In this document: in pieces, positions 50,501 through 64,000 of the stretch
Layout: each line of letters begins with the position of its first letter
How positions within the stretch are numbered: position 1 is the first letter of the stretch
Origin: Paragordius varius
Lineage: Eukaryota; Animalia; Nematomorpha
Length of the DNA: 64,000 nt
Direction of reading: 5' to 3'
Assembly: GCA_964247055.1 (NCBI GenBank)
Contig: OZ176052.1
Coordinates: 12,772,001 to 12,836,000, forward strand
Position numbers and translations under genes: made by a program
The notes under the pieces: model-generated
Databases searched by the model: none
The model's input: only the letters and a program-made list of their open reading frames with translations
Told to the model about the DNA's origin: nothing

Positions 50501-53500
50501 ATATTTTATTCTATATAAAAATAGTTATATTTTATTTTATTTTATTTTATTTTATTTTATTTTATTTTATTTTATTTTTATTTAATTTAATTTAATTTAA
50601 TTTTATTTTATTTTATTTTATTTTAATTTGATTTTATTTTATTCTATATAAAAATAGTTATATTTTATTTTATTTTATTTTATTTTAATTTATTTTTATT
50701 TTATTTTATTTTATTTTAATTTATTTTATTTTATTTTATTTTATTTTTATTTTATTTTATTTTATTTTATTTTATTTTATTTTATTTTATTTTATTTTAT
50801 TTTATTTTATTTTATTTTATTTTATTTTATTCTATATAAAAATAGTTTTATTTTATTTTAATTTATTTTATTTTAATTTATTTTATTTTTAATTTATTTT
50901 ATTTTATTTTATTTTATTCTATATAAATATAGTTATATTTTATTTTATTTAATTTTATTTTATTTTATTTTAATTTATTTTTATTTTATTTTATTTTATT
51001 TTATTTTATTTTATTTTATTTTAATTTATTTTTATTTTATTTAATTTTATTTTATTTTAATTTATTTTTATTTTATTTTATTTTATTTTATTTTATTTTA
51101 TTTTATTTTATTTAATTTTATTTTATGTTATGTTATGTTATTTTATTTTATTTTATTTTATTTTATTTTATTTTATATAAAAATAGTTATATTTTATTTT
51201 ATTTAATTTTATTTTATTTTATTTTATTTTATTTTATTTTAATTTATTTTTATTTTATTTTATTTTATTTTATTTTATTTTATTTTATTTTATTTTATTT
51301 TATTTTATTTTATTTTATTTTATTTTATTCTATATAAAAATAGTTATATTTTATTTTATTTTATTTTATTTTATTTTATTTTATTTTAATTTATTTTTAT
51401 TTTATTTTATTTTATTTTATTTTATTTTATTTTAATTTATTTTTATTTTATTTTATTTTATTTTATTTTATTTTATTTTATTTTATTTTATTTTATTTTA
51501 TTTTATTTTATTTTATTTTATTTTATTTTATTTTTATTTAATTTAATTTAATTTAATTTAATTTTATTTTATTTTATTTTATTTTAATTTGATTTTATTT
51601 TATTCTATATAAAAATAGTTATATTTTATTTTATTTTATTTTATTTTAATTTATTTTTATTTTATTTTATTTTATTTTATTTTAATTTATTTTATTTTAT
51701 TTTATTTTATATAAAAATAGTTATATTTTATATTATTTAATTTTCTTTAATTTTATTTTATTTTATTTTAATTTATTTTTATTTTATTTTATTTTATTTT
51801 AATTTAATTTATTTTTATTTTATTTTATTTTATTTTATTTTATTTTATTTTATTTTATTTTATTTTATTTTAATTTATTTTATTTTATTTTATTTTATTT
51901 TATTTTATTTTATTTTATTTTATTATTTTTTAATTTATTTTTATTTTATTTTATTTTATTTTATTTTATTTTATTTTTATTTTATTTTATTTAATTTTAT
52001 TTTATTTTATTTTATTTTATTTTATTTTATTTTATTTTATTTTATTTTATTTTATTTTATTTTATATAAAAATAGTTATATTTTATATTATTTAATTTTA
52101 TTTAATTTTATTTTATTTTATTTTAATTTATTTTTATTTTATATTATTTTATTTTATTTTAATTTATTTTATTTTATTTTATTTTATTTTATTTTATTTT
52201 ATTTTATTTTATTTTATTTTAATTTAATTTATTTTTATTTTATTTTATTTTATTTTAATTTGATTTATTTTTATTTTATTTTATTTTAATTTATTTTATT
52301 TTAATTTATTTTATTTTTATTTTATTTTATTTTATTCTATATAAAAATAGTTATATTTTATTTTATTTTATTTTATTTTATTTTATTTTATTTTATTTTT
52401 ATTTAATTTAATTTAATTTAATTTTATTTTATTTTATTTTATTTTAATTTGATTTTATTTTATTCTATATAAAAATAGTTATATTTTATTTTATTTTATT
52501 TTATTTTAATTTATTTTTATTTTATTTTATTTTATTTTAATTTATTTTATTTTATTTTATTTTATTTTATTTTATTTTATTTTATTTTTATTTTATTTTA
52601 TTTTATTTTATTTTATTTTATTTTATTTTATTTTATTTTATTTTATTTTATTTTATTTTATTTTATTTTATTTTATTTTATTTTATTTTATTCTATATAA
52701 AAATAGTTTTATTTTATTTTAATTTATTTTATTTTAATTTATTTTATTTTTAATTTATTTTATTTTATTTTATTTTATTCTATATAAATATAGTTATATT
52801 TTATTTTATTTAATTTTATTTTATTTTATTTTAATTTATTTTTATTTTATTTTATTTTATTTTATTTTATTTTATTTTATTTTATTTTATTTTAATTTAT
52901 TTTTATTTTATTTAATTTTATTTTATTTTATTTTAATTTATTTTTATTTTATTTTATTTTATTTTATTTTATTTTATTTTATTTTATTTTATTTTATTTA
53001 ATTTTATTTTATGTTATTTTATTTTATTTTATTTTATTTTATTTTATTTTATTTTATTTTATTTTATATAAAAATAGTTATATTTTATTTTATTTAATTT
53101 TATTTTATTTTATTTTATTTTATTTTATTTTAATTTATTTTTATTTTATTTTATTTTATTTTATTTTATTTTATTTTATTTTATTTTATTTTATTTTATT
53201 TTATTTTATTTTATTTTATTTTATTTTATTTTATTATTTTATTTTATTTTATTTTATTTTATTTTATTTTATATAAAAATAGTTATATTTTATATTATTT
53301 AATTTTCTTTAATTTTATTTTATTTTATTTTAATTTATTTTTATTTTATTTTATTTTATTTTAATTTAATTTATTTTTATTTTATTTTATTTTATTTTAT
53401 TTTATTTTATTTTATTTTATTTTAATTTATTTTATTTTATTTTATTTTATTTTTATTTTATTTTATTTTATTTTATTTTATTTTATTTTATTTTATTTTA

Positions 53501-56500
53501 TTTTATTTTATTTTATTTTATTCTATATAAAAATATTTTTATTTTATTTTATTTTATTTTAATTTATTTTATTTTTAATTTATTTTTAATTATTTTATTT
53601 TATTTTATTTTATTTAATTCTATATAAATATAGTTATATTTTATTTTATTTAATTTTATTTTATTTTATTTTATTTTATTTTATTTTATTTTATTTTATT
53701 TTATTTTATTTTATTTTATTTTATTTTATTTTATTTTATTTTATTTTATTTTATTTTATTTTATTTTATTTTATTTAATTTTATTTTATTTTATTTTATT
53801 TTATTTTATTTTATTTTATTTTATATAAAAATAGTTATATTTTATATTATTTAATTTTCTTTAATTTTATTTTATTTTATTTTAATTTATTTTTATTTTA
53901 TTTTATTTTATTTTAATTTAATTTATTTTTATTTTATTTTATTTTATTTTATTTTATTTTATTTTATTTTATTTTATTTTATTTTATTTTATTTTATTTT
54001 ATTTTAATTTAATTTATTTTATTTTATTTTTATTTTATTTTATTTTATTTTATTTTATTTTATTTTATTTTATTTTATTTTATTTTATTCTATATAAAAA
54101 TATTTTTATTTTATTTTATTTTATTTTAATTTATTTTATTTTTAATTTATTTTTAATTATTTTATTTTATTTTATTTTATTTAATTCTATATAAATATAG
54201 TTATATTTTATTTTATTTAATTTTATTTTATTTTATTTTAATTTATTTTATTTTATTTTTATTTTATTTTATTTTATTTTATTTTATTTTAATTTATTTT
54301 TATTTTATTTTATTTTATTATATTTTATTTAAATTTATTTTTATTTTATTTTATTTTATTTTATTTTATTTTAATTTATTTTATTTTATTTTATTTTATT
54401 TTATTTTATTTTATTATTTTTTAATTTATTTTTATTTTATTTTATTTTATTTTATTTTATTTTATTTTTATTTTATTTTATTTTATTTTATTTTATTTTA
54501 TTTTATTTTATTTTATTTTATTTTATTTTATTTTATTTTATTTTATATAAAAATAGTTATATTTTATATTATTTAATTTTATTTAATTTTATTTTATTTT
54601 ATTTTAATTTATTTTTATTTTATATTATTTTATTTTATTTTAATTTATTTTATTTTATTTTATTTTATTTTATTTTATTTTATTTTATTTTATTTTATTT
54701 TATTTTATTTTATTTTATTTTATTTTAATTTAATTTATTTTTATTTTATTTTATTTTATTTTAATTTGATTTATTTTTATTTTATTTTATTTTAATTTAT
54801 TTTATTTTAATTTATTTTATTTTTATTTTATTTTATTTTATTCTATATAAAAATAGTTATATTTTATTTTATTTTATTTTATTTTATTTTATTTTATTTT
54901 ATTTTAATTTATTTTTATTTTATTTTATTTTATTTTATTTTATTTTAATTTATTTTTATTTTATTTTATTTTATTTTATTTTAATTTATTTTATTTTATT
55001 TTATTTTATTTTTATTTAATTTAATTTAATTTAATTTAATTTTATTTTATTTTATTTTATTTTAATTTGATTTTATTTTATTCTATATAAAAATAGTTAT
55101 ATTTTATTTTATTTTATTTTATTTTAATTTATTTTTATTTTATTTTATTTTATTTTAATTTATTTTATTTTATTTTATTTTATTTTTATTTTATTTTATT
55201 TTATTTTATTTTATTTTATTTTATTTTATTTTATTTTATTTTATTTTATTTTATTTTATTTTATTTTATTTTATTTTATTTTATTTTATTTTATTTTATT
55301 TTATTTTATTTTATTTTATTTTATTTTATTTTATTTTATTTTATTTTATTTTATTTTATTTTATTTTATTTTATTCTATATAAAAATAGTTTTATTTTAT
55401 TTTAATTTATTTTATTTTAATTTATTTTATTTTTAATTTATTTTATTTTATTTTATTCTATATAAATATAGTTATATTTTATTTTATTTAATTTTATTTT
55501 ATTTTATTTTATTTTAATTTATTTTTATTTTATTTTATTTTATTTTATTTTATTTTATTTTAATTTATTTTTATTTTATTTAATTTTATTTTATTTTAAT
55601 TTATTTTTATTTTATTTTATTTTATTTTATTTTATTTTATTTTATTTTATTTTATTTTATTTTATTTTATTTAATTTTATTTTATGTTATGTTATTTTAT
55701 TTTATTTTATTTTATTTTATTTTATTTTATATAAAAATAGTTATATTTTATTTTATTTAATTTTATTTTATTTTATTTTATTTTATTTTATTTTATTTTA
55801 ATTTATTTTTATTTTATTTTATTTTATTTTATTTTATTTTATTTTATTTTATTTTATTTTATTTTATTTTATTTTATTTTATTTTATTTTATTTTATTTT
55901 ATTTTATTTTATTTTATTCTATATAAAAATAGTTATATTTTATTTTATTTTATTTTATTTTATTTTATTTTAATTTATTTTTATTTTATTTTATTTTATT
56001 TTATTTTATTTTATTTTAATTTATTTTTATTTTATTTTATTTTATTTTATTTTATTTTATTTTATTTTATTTTATTTTATTTTATTTTATTTTATTTTAT
56101 TTTATTTTATTTTATTTTATTTTATTTTATTTTTATTTAATTTAATTTAATTTAATTTAATTTTATTTTATTTTATTTTATTTTAATTTGATTTTATTTT
56201 ATTCTATATAAAAATAGTTATATTTTATTTTATTTTATTTTATTTTAATTTATTTTTATTTTATTTTATTTTATTTTATTTTAATTTATTTTATTTTATT
56301 TTATTTTATTTTTATTTTATTTTATTTTATTTTATTTTATTTTATTTTATTTTATTTTATTTTATTTTATTTTATTTTATTTTATTTTATTTTATTTTAT
56401 TTTATTTTATTTTATTTTATTTTATTTTATTTTATTTTATTTTATTTTATTTTATTTTATTTTATTTTATTTTATTTTATTTTATTTTATTTTATTCTAT

Positions 56501-59500
56501 ATAAAAATAGTTTTATTTTATTTTAATTTAATTTAATTTAATTTTATTTTATTTTATTTTATTTTAATTTGATTTTATTTTATTCTATATAAAAATAGTT
56601 ATATTTTATTTTATTTTATTTTATTTTAATTTATTTTTATTTTATTTTATTTTATTTTATTTTAATTTATTTTATTTTATTTTATTTTATTTTTATTTTA
56701 TTTTATTTTATTTTATTTTATTTTATTTTATTTTATTTTATTTTATTTTATTTTATTTTATTTTATTTTATTTTATTTTATTCTATATAAAAATAGTTTT
56801 ATTTTATTTTAATTTATTTTATTTTAATTTATTTTATTTTTAATTTATTTTATTTTATTTTATTTTATTCTATATAAATATAGTTATATTTTATTTTATT
56901 TAATTTTATTTTATTTTATTTTATTTTAATTTATTTTTATTTTATTTTATTTTATTTTATTTTATTTTAATTTATTTTTATTTTATTTAATTTTATTTTA
57001 TTTTATTTTAATTTATTTTTATTTTATTTTATTTTATTTTATTTTATTTTATTTTATTTTATTTTATTTAATTTTATTTTATGTTATGTTATTTTATTTT
57101 ATTTTATTTTATTTTATTTTATTTTATATAAAAATAGTTATATTTTATTTTATTTAATTTTATTTTATTTTATTTTATTTTATTTTATTTTATTTTATTT
57201 TAATTTATTTTTATTTTATTTTATTTTATTTTATTTTATTTTATTTTATTTTATTTTATTTTATTTTATTTTATTTTATTTTATTTTATTTTATTTTATT
57301 TTATTTTATTTTATTTTATTTTATTTTATTTTATTTTATATAAAAATAGTTATATTTTATATTATTTAATTTTCTTTAATTTTATTTTATTTTATTTTAA
57401 TTTATTTTTATTTTATTTTATTTTATTTTATTTTATTTTAATTTATTTTATTTTATTTTATTTTATTTTATTTTATTTTATTTTATTTTATTTTATTTTA
57501 TTTTATTATTTTTTAATTTATTTTTATTTTATTTTATTTTATTTTATTTTATTTTTATTTTATTTAATTTTATTTTATTTTATTTTATTTTATTTTATTT
57601 TATTTTATTTTATTTTATTTTATTTTATTTTATTTTATTTTATTTTATTTTATTTTATTTTATTTTATTTTATTTTATATAAAAATAGTTATATTTTATA
57701 TTATTTAATTTTATTTAATTTTATTTTATTTTATTTTAATTTATTTTTATTTTATATTATTTTATTTTATTTTAATTTATTTTATTTTATTTTATTTTAT
57801 TTTATTTTATTTTATTTTATTTTATTTTATTTTATTTTATTTTATTTTAATTTAATTTATTTTTATTTTATTTTATTTTATTTTAATTTGATTTATTTTT
57901 ATTTTATTTTATTTTAATTTATTTTATTTTAATTTATTTTATTTTTATTTTATTTTATTTTATTCTATATAAAAATAGTTATATTTTATTTTATTTTATT
58001 TTATTTTATTTTAATTTATTTTTATTTTATTTTATTTTATTTTATTTTAATTTATTTTTATTTTATTTTATTTTATTTTATTTTATTTTATTTTATTTTA
58101 TTTTATTTTATTTTTATTTAATTTAATTTAATTTAATTTAATTTTATTTTATTTTATTTTATTTTATTTTAATTTGATTTTATTTTATTCTATATAAAAA
58201 TAGTTATATTTTATTTTATTTTATTTTATTTTAATTTATTTTTATTTTATTTTATTTTATTTTATTTTATTTTAATTTATTTTATTTTATTTTATTTTAT
58301 TTTTATTTTATTTTATTTTATTTTATTTTATTTTATTTTATTTTATTTTATTTTATTTTATTTTATTCTATATAAAAATAGTTTTATTTTATTTTAATTT
58401 ATTTTATTTTAATTTATTTTATTTTTAATTTATTTTATTTTATTTTATTTTATTCTATATAAATATAGTTATATTTTATTTTATTTAATTTTATTTTATT
58501 CTATTTTATTTTAATTTATTTTTATTTTATTTTATTTTATTTTATTTTAATTTATTTTTATTTTATTTAATTTTATTTTATTTTATTTTAATTTATTTTT
58601 ATTTTATTTTATTTTATTTTATTTTATTTTATTTTATTTTATTTTATTTTATTTTATTTTATTTTATTTTATTTTATTTTATGTTATGTTATTTTATTTT
58701 ATTTTATTTTATTTTATTTTATTTTATTTTATATAAAAATAGTTATATTTTATTTTATTAAATTTTATTTCATTTTATTTTATTTTATTTTAATTTATTT
58801 TTATTTTATTTTATTTTATTTTATTTTATTTTATTTTATTTTATTTTATTTTATTTTATTTTATTTTATTTTATTTTATTTTATTTAATTTTATTTTATT
58901 TTATTTTATTTTATTTTATTTTATTTTATATAAAAATAGTTATATTTTATATTATTTAATTTTCTTTAATTTTATTTTATTTTATTTTAATTTATTTTTA
59001 TTTTATTTTATTTTATTTTATTTTATTTTAATTTAATTTATTTTTATTTTATTTTATTTTATTTTATTTTATTTTATTTTATTTTATTTTATTTTATTTT
59101 AATTTATTTTATTTTATTTTATTTTATTTTATTTTATTTTTATTTTATTTTATTTTATTTTATTTTATTTTATTTTATTTTATTTTATTTTATTTTATTT
59201 TATTCTATATAAAAATATTTTTATTTTATTTTATTTTATTTTAATTTATTTTATTTTTAATTTATTTTATTTTATTTTATTTTATTCTATATAAATATAG
59301 TTATATTTTATTTAATTTTATTTTATTTTATTTAATTTTATTTTATTTTATTTTACTTTAATTTATTTTTATTTTATTTTATTTTATTTTATTTTATTCT
59401 ATATAAATATAGTTATATTTTATTTAATTTATTTTATTTTATTTTATTTTATTTTAATTTATTTTTATTTTATTTTATTTTATTTTATTTTTTTTTATTT

Positions 59501-62500
59501 TATTTTATTTTAATTTATTTTATTTTATTTTATTTTATTTTATTTTATTTTATTTTATTTTATTTTATTTTATTTTATTTTATTTTATTTTATTTTATTT
59601 TATTTTATTTTATTTTATTTTATTTTATTTTATTTTAATTTAATTTATTTTTATTTTATTTTATTTTATTTTATTTTATTTTATTTTATTTTAATTTGAT
59701 TTATTTTTATTTTATTTTATTTTAATTTATTTTATTTTAATTTATTTTATTTTTATTTTATTTTATTTTATTCTATATAACAATAGTTATATTTTATTTT
59801 ATTTTATTTTATTTTATTTTATTTTATTTTAATTTATTTTTATTTTATTTTATTTTATTTTATTTTATTTTATTTTAATTTATTTTTATTTTATTTTATT
59901 TTATTTTATTTTATTTTATTTTATTTTATTTTTATTTAATTTAATTTAATTTAATTTAATTTAATTTAATTTTATTTTATTTTATTTTATTTTAATTTGA
60001 TTTTATTTTATTCTATATAAAAATAGTTATATTTTATTTTATTTTATTTTATTTTAATTTATTTTTATTTTATTTTATTTTATTTTATTTTAATTTATTT
60101 TATTTTATTTTATTTTATTTTTATTTTATTTTATTTTATTTTATTTTATTTTATTTTATTTTATTTTATTTTATTTTATTCTATATAAAAATAGTTTTAT
60201 TTTATTTTAATTTATTTTATTTTAATTTATTTTATTTTTAATTTATTTTATTTTATTTTATTTTATTCTATATAAATATAGTTATATTTTATTTTATTTA
60301 ATTTTATTTTATTTTATTTTATTTTAATTTATTTTTATTTTATTTTATTTTATTTTATTTTATTTTATTTTAATTTATTTTTATTTTATTTAATTTTATT
60401 TTATTTTATTTTAATTTATTTTTATTTTATTTTATTTTATTTTATTTTATTTTATTTTATTTTATTTAATTTTATGTTATGTTATGTTATTTTATTTTAT
60501 TTTATTTTATTTTATTTTATTTTATATAAAAATAGTTATATTTTATTTTATTTAATTTTATTTCATTTTATTTTATTTTATTTTAATTTATTTTTATTTT
60601 ATTTTATTTTATTTTATTTTATTTTATTTTATTTTATTTTATTTTATTTTATTTTATTTTATTTTATTTTATTTTATTTTATTTTATTTTATTTTATTTT
60701 ATTTTATTTTATTTTATTTTATTTTATTTTATTTTATTTTATTTAATTTTATTTTATTTTATTTTATTTTATTTTATTTTATTTTATTTTATTTTATATA
60801 AAAATAGTTATATTTTATATTATTTAATTTTCTTTTATTTTATTTTATTTTAATTTAATTTATTTTTATTTTATTTTATTTTATTTTATTTTATTTTATT
60901 TTATTTTATTTTAATTTATTTTATTTTATTTTATTTTATTTTATTTTTATTTTATTTTATTTTATTTTATTTTATTTTATTTTATTTTATTTTATTTTAT
61001 TTTATTTTATTTTATTTTATTTTATTTTATTTTATTTTATTCTATATAAAAATATTTTTATTTTATTTTATTTTATTTTAATTTATTTTATTTTTAATTT
61101 ATTTTTAATTATTTTATTTTATTTTATTTTATTTAATTCTATATAAATATAGTTATATTTTATTTTATTTAATTTTATTTTATTTTATTTTATTTTATTT
61201 TATTTTATTTTATTTTATTTTATTTTATTTTATTTTATTTTATTTTATTTTATTTTATTTTATTTTATTTAATTTTATTTTATTTTATTTTATTTTATTT
61301 TATATAAAAATAGTTATATTTTATTTTATTTAATTTTATTTTATTTTATTTTATTTTATTTTATTTTATTTTATTTTATTTTATTTTATTTTATTTTATT
61401 TTATTTTATTTTATTTTATTTTATTTTAATTTAATTTATTTTATTTTATTTTATTTTTATTTTATTTTATTTTATTTTATTTTATTTTATTTTATTTTAT
61501 TTTATTTTATTTTATTTTATTTTATTCTATATAAAAATATTTTTATTTTATTTTATTTTATTTTAATTTATTTTATTTTTAATTTATTTTTAATTATTTT
61601 ATTTTATTTTATTTTATTTAATTCTATATAAATATAGTTATATTTTATTTTATTTAATTTTATTTTATTTTATTTTATTTTAATTTATTTTATTTTATTT
61701 TTATTTTATTTTATTTTATTTTATTTTATTTTAATTTATTTTTATTTTATTTTATTTTATTATATTTTATTTAAATTTATTTTTATTTTATTTTATTTTA
61801 TTTTATTTTATTTTATTTTATTTTATTTTATTTTATTTTATTTTATTTTATTTTATTTTATTTTATTTTATTCTATATAAAAATAGTTTTATTTTATTTT
61901 AATTTATTTTATTTTAATTTATTTTATTTTTAATTTATTTTATTTTATTTTATTCTATATAAATATAGTTATATTTTATTTTATTTAATTTTATTTTATT
62001 TTATTTTATTTTAATTTATTTTTATTTTATTTTATTTTATTTTATTTTATTTTATTTTATTTTAATTTATTTTTATTTTATTTAATTTTATTTTATTTTA
62101 ATTTATTTTTATTTTATTTTATTTTATTTTATTTTATTTTATTTTATTTTATTTTATTTAATTTTATTTTATGTTATGTTATGTTATTTTATTTTATTTT
62201 ATTTTATTTTATTTTATTTTATATAAAAATAGTTATATTTTATTTTATTTAATTTTATTTTATTTTATTTTATTTTATTTTATTTTAATTTATTTTTATT
62301 TTATTTTATTTTATTTTATTTTATTTTATTTTATTTTATTTTATTTTATTTTATTTTATTTTATTCTATATAAAAATAGTTATATTTTATTTTATTTTAT
62401 TTTATTTTATTTTATTTTATTTTAATTTATTTTTATTTTATTTTATTTTATTTTATTTTATTTTATTTTAATTTATTTTTATTTTATTTTATTTTATTTT

Positions 62501-64000
62501 ATTTTATTTTATTTTATTTTATTTTATTTTATTTTATTTTATTTTATTTTATTTTATTTTATTTTATTTTATTTTATTTTTATTTAATTTAATTTAATTT
62601 AATTTTATTTTATTTTATTTTATTTTAATTTGATTTTATTTTATTCTATATAAAAATAGTTATATTTTATTTTATTTTATTTTATTTTAATTTATTTTTA
62701 TTTTATTTTATTTTATTTTATTTTAATTTATTTTATTTTATTTTATTTTATATAAAAATAGTTATATTTTATATTATTTAATTTTCTTTAATTTTATTTT
62801 ATTTTATTTTAATTTATTTTTATTTTATTTTATTTTATTTTAATTTAATTTATTTTTATTTTATTTTATTTTATTTTATTTTATTTTATTTTATTTTATT
62901 TTATTTTAATTTATTTTATTTTATTTTATTTTATTTTATTTTATTTTATTTTATTATTTTTTAATTTATTTTTATTTTATTTTATTTTATTTTATTTTAT
63001 TTTATTTTATTTTTATTTTATTTTATTTTATTTTATTTTATTTTATTTTATTTTATTTTATTTTATTTTATTTTATTTTATTTTATTTTATTTTATATAA
63101 AAATAGTTATATTTTATATTATTTAATTTTATTTAATTTTATTTTATTTTATTTTAATTTATTTTTATTTTATATTATTTTATTTTATTTTAATTTATTT
63201 TATTTTATTTTATTTTATTTTATTTTATTTTATTTTAATTTAATTTATTTTTATTTTATTTTATTTTATTTTAATTTGATTTATTTTTATTTTATTTTAT
63301 TTTAATTTATTTTATTTTAATTTATTTTATTTTTATTTTATTATATTTTATTCTATATAAAAATAGTTATATTTTATTTTATTTTATTTTATTTTATTTT
63401 ATTTTATTTTATTTTATTTTTATTTAATTTAATTTAATTTAATTTTATTTTATTTTATTTTATTTTAATTTGATTTTATTTTATTCTATATAAAAATAGT
63501 TATATTTTATTTTATTTTATTTTATTTTAATTTATTTTTATTTTATTTTATTTTATTTTAATTTATTTTATTTTATTTTATTTTATTTTTATTTTATTTT
63601 ATTTTATTTTATTTTATTTTATTTTATTTTATTTTATTATTTTATTTTATTTTATTTTATTTTATTTTATTTTATTTTAATTTAATTTATTTTTATTTTA
63701 TTTTATTTTATTTTATTTTATTTTTATTTTATTTTATTTTATTTTATTTTATTTTATTTTATTTTATTTTATTTTATTTTATTTTATTTTATTTTATTTT
63801 ATTTTATTTTATTTTATTTTATTTTAATTTATTTTTATTTTATTTTATTTTATTTTATTTTATTTTAATTTATTTTTATTTTATTTTATTTTATTTTATT
63901 TTATTTTATTTTATTTTATTTTATTTTATTTTATTTTATTTTATTTTATTTTATTTTATTTTATTTTATTTTATTTTATTTTTATTTAATTTAATTTAAT
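29563..64000. repeat. (TTTTA)n pentamer satellite of more than 34 kb with an interspersed ~20-bp landmark and higher-order repeats; continues past the window end
   Basis: Read directly. Variants TTTAA, TTTTTA, TATGT, TTTCA, TTTGA; landmark TCTATATAAA(T/A)ATAGTTATAT or variants roughly every 75-570 bp. Confidence 0.98.

Noticed and set aside
32017-62425. ORFs of FYFIL repeats (32017, 33913, 36612, 46225, 47880, 51125, 60474, 62171)
   Set aside because: They are translations of (TTTTA)n, which has no stop codon on the + strand; starts come from TATGT or TTTGA variants
29563-64000. CRISPR-like appearance (short palindromic repeat with spacers)
   Set aside because: Spacers are non-unique pentamer runs of variable length, there are no cas genes, and the context is a spliced eukaryotic gene region
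29563-64000. Telomeric repeat array
   Set aside because: No G-rich strand, and kb-scale higher-order structure is not what telomerase produces. It cannot be excluded as subtelomeric without the chromosome position.

Overview
This is very AT-rich eukaryotic (animal-like) DNA in three zones; the taxon cannot be fixed from the sequence. (1) 1-21.8 kb: the 3' part of one multi-exon + strand gene. At least 14 GT-AG exons (473-21799) join in phase without stops into about 782 aa with a VWD-C8-VWA-like-Cys-rich tail architecture, most like the C-terminal half of an apolipophorin/lipid-transfer-particle (LLTP) protein. Its long introns hold transposon relics: a Kolobok-type MITE, a hAT transposase fossil, a Penelope-like element with an inverted terminal copy, and several other MITEs. 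(2) About 22-29.6 kb: nested non-autonomous elements (Helitrons, a hAT end, a CAC-terminated TIR element) interleaved with degenerate T-rich tracts. (3) 29563 to the window end: an uninterrupted (TTTTA)n satellite of more than 34 kb. It is punctuated by roughly 150 copies (manual count) of a ~20-bp landmark, TCTATATAAA(T/A)ATAGTTATAT, whose variants define 1.7-2.7 kb higher-order repeats. The array starts exactly at a transposon TIR, and degenerate versions of the landmark occur in the older T-rich tracts upstream. I found no rRNA, tRNA or CRISPR features. All ORF-track hits after 26 kb are low-complexity or non-coding artefacts.
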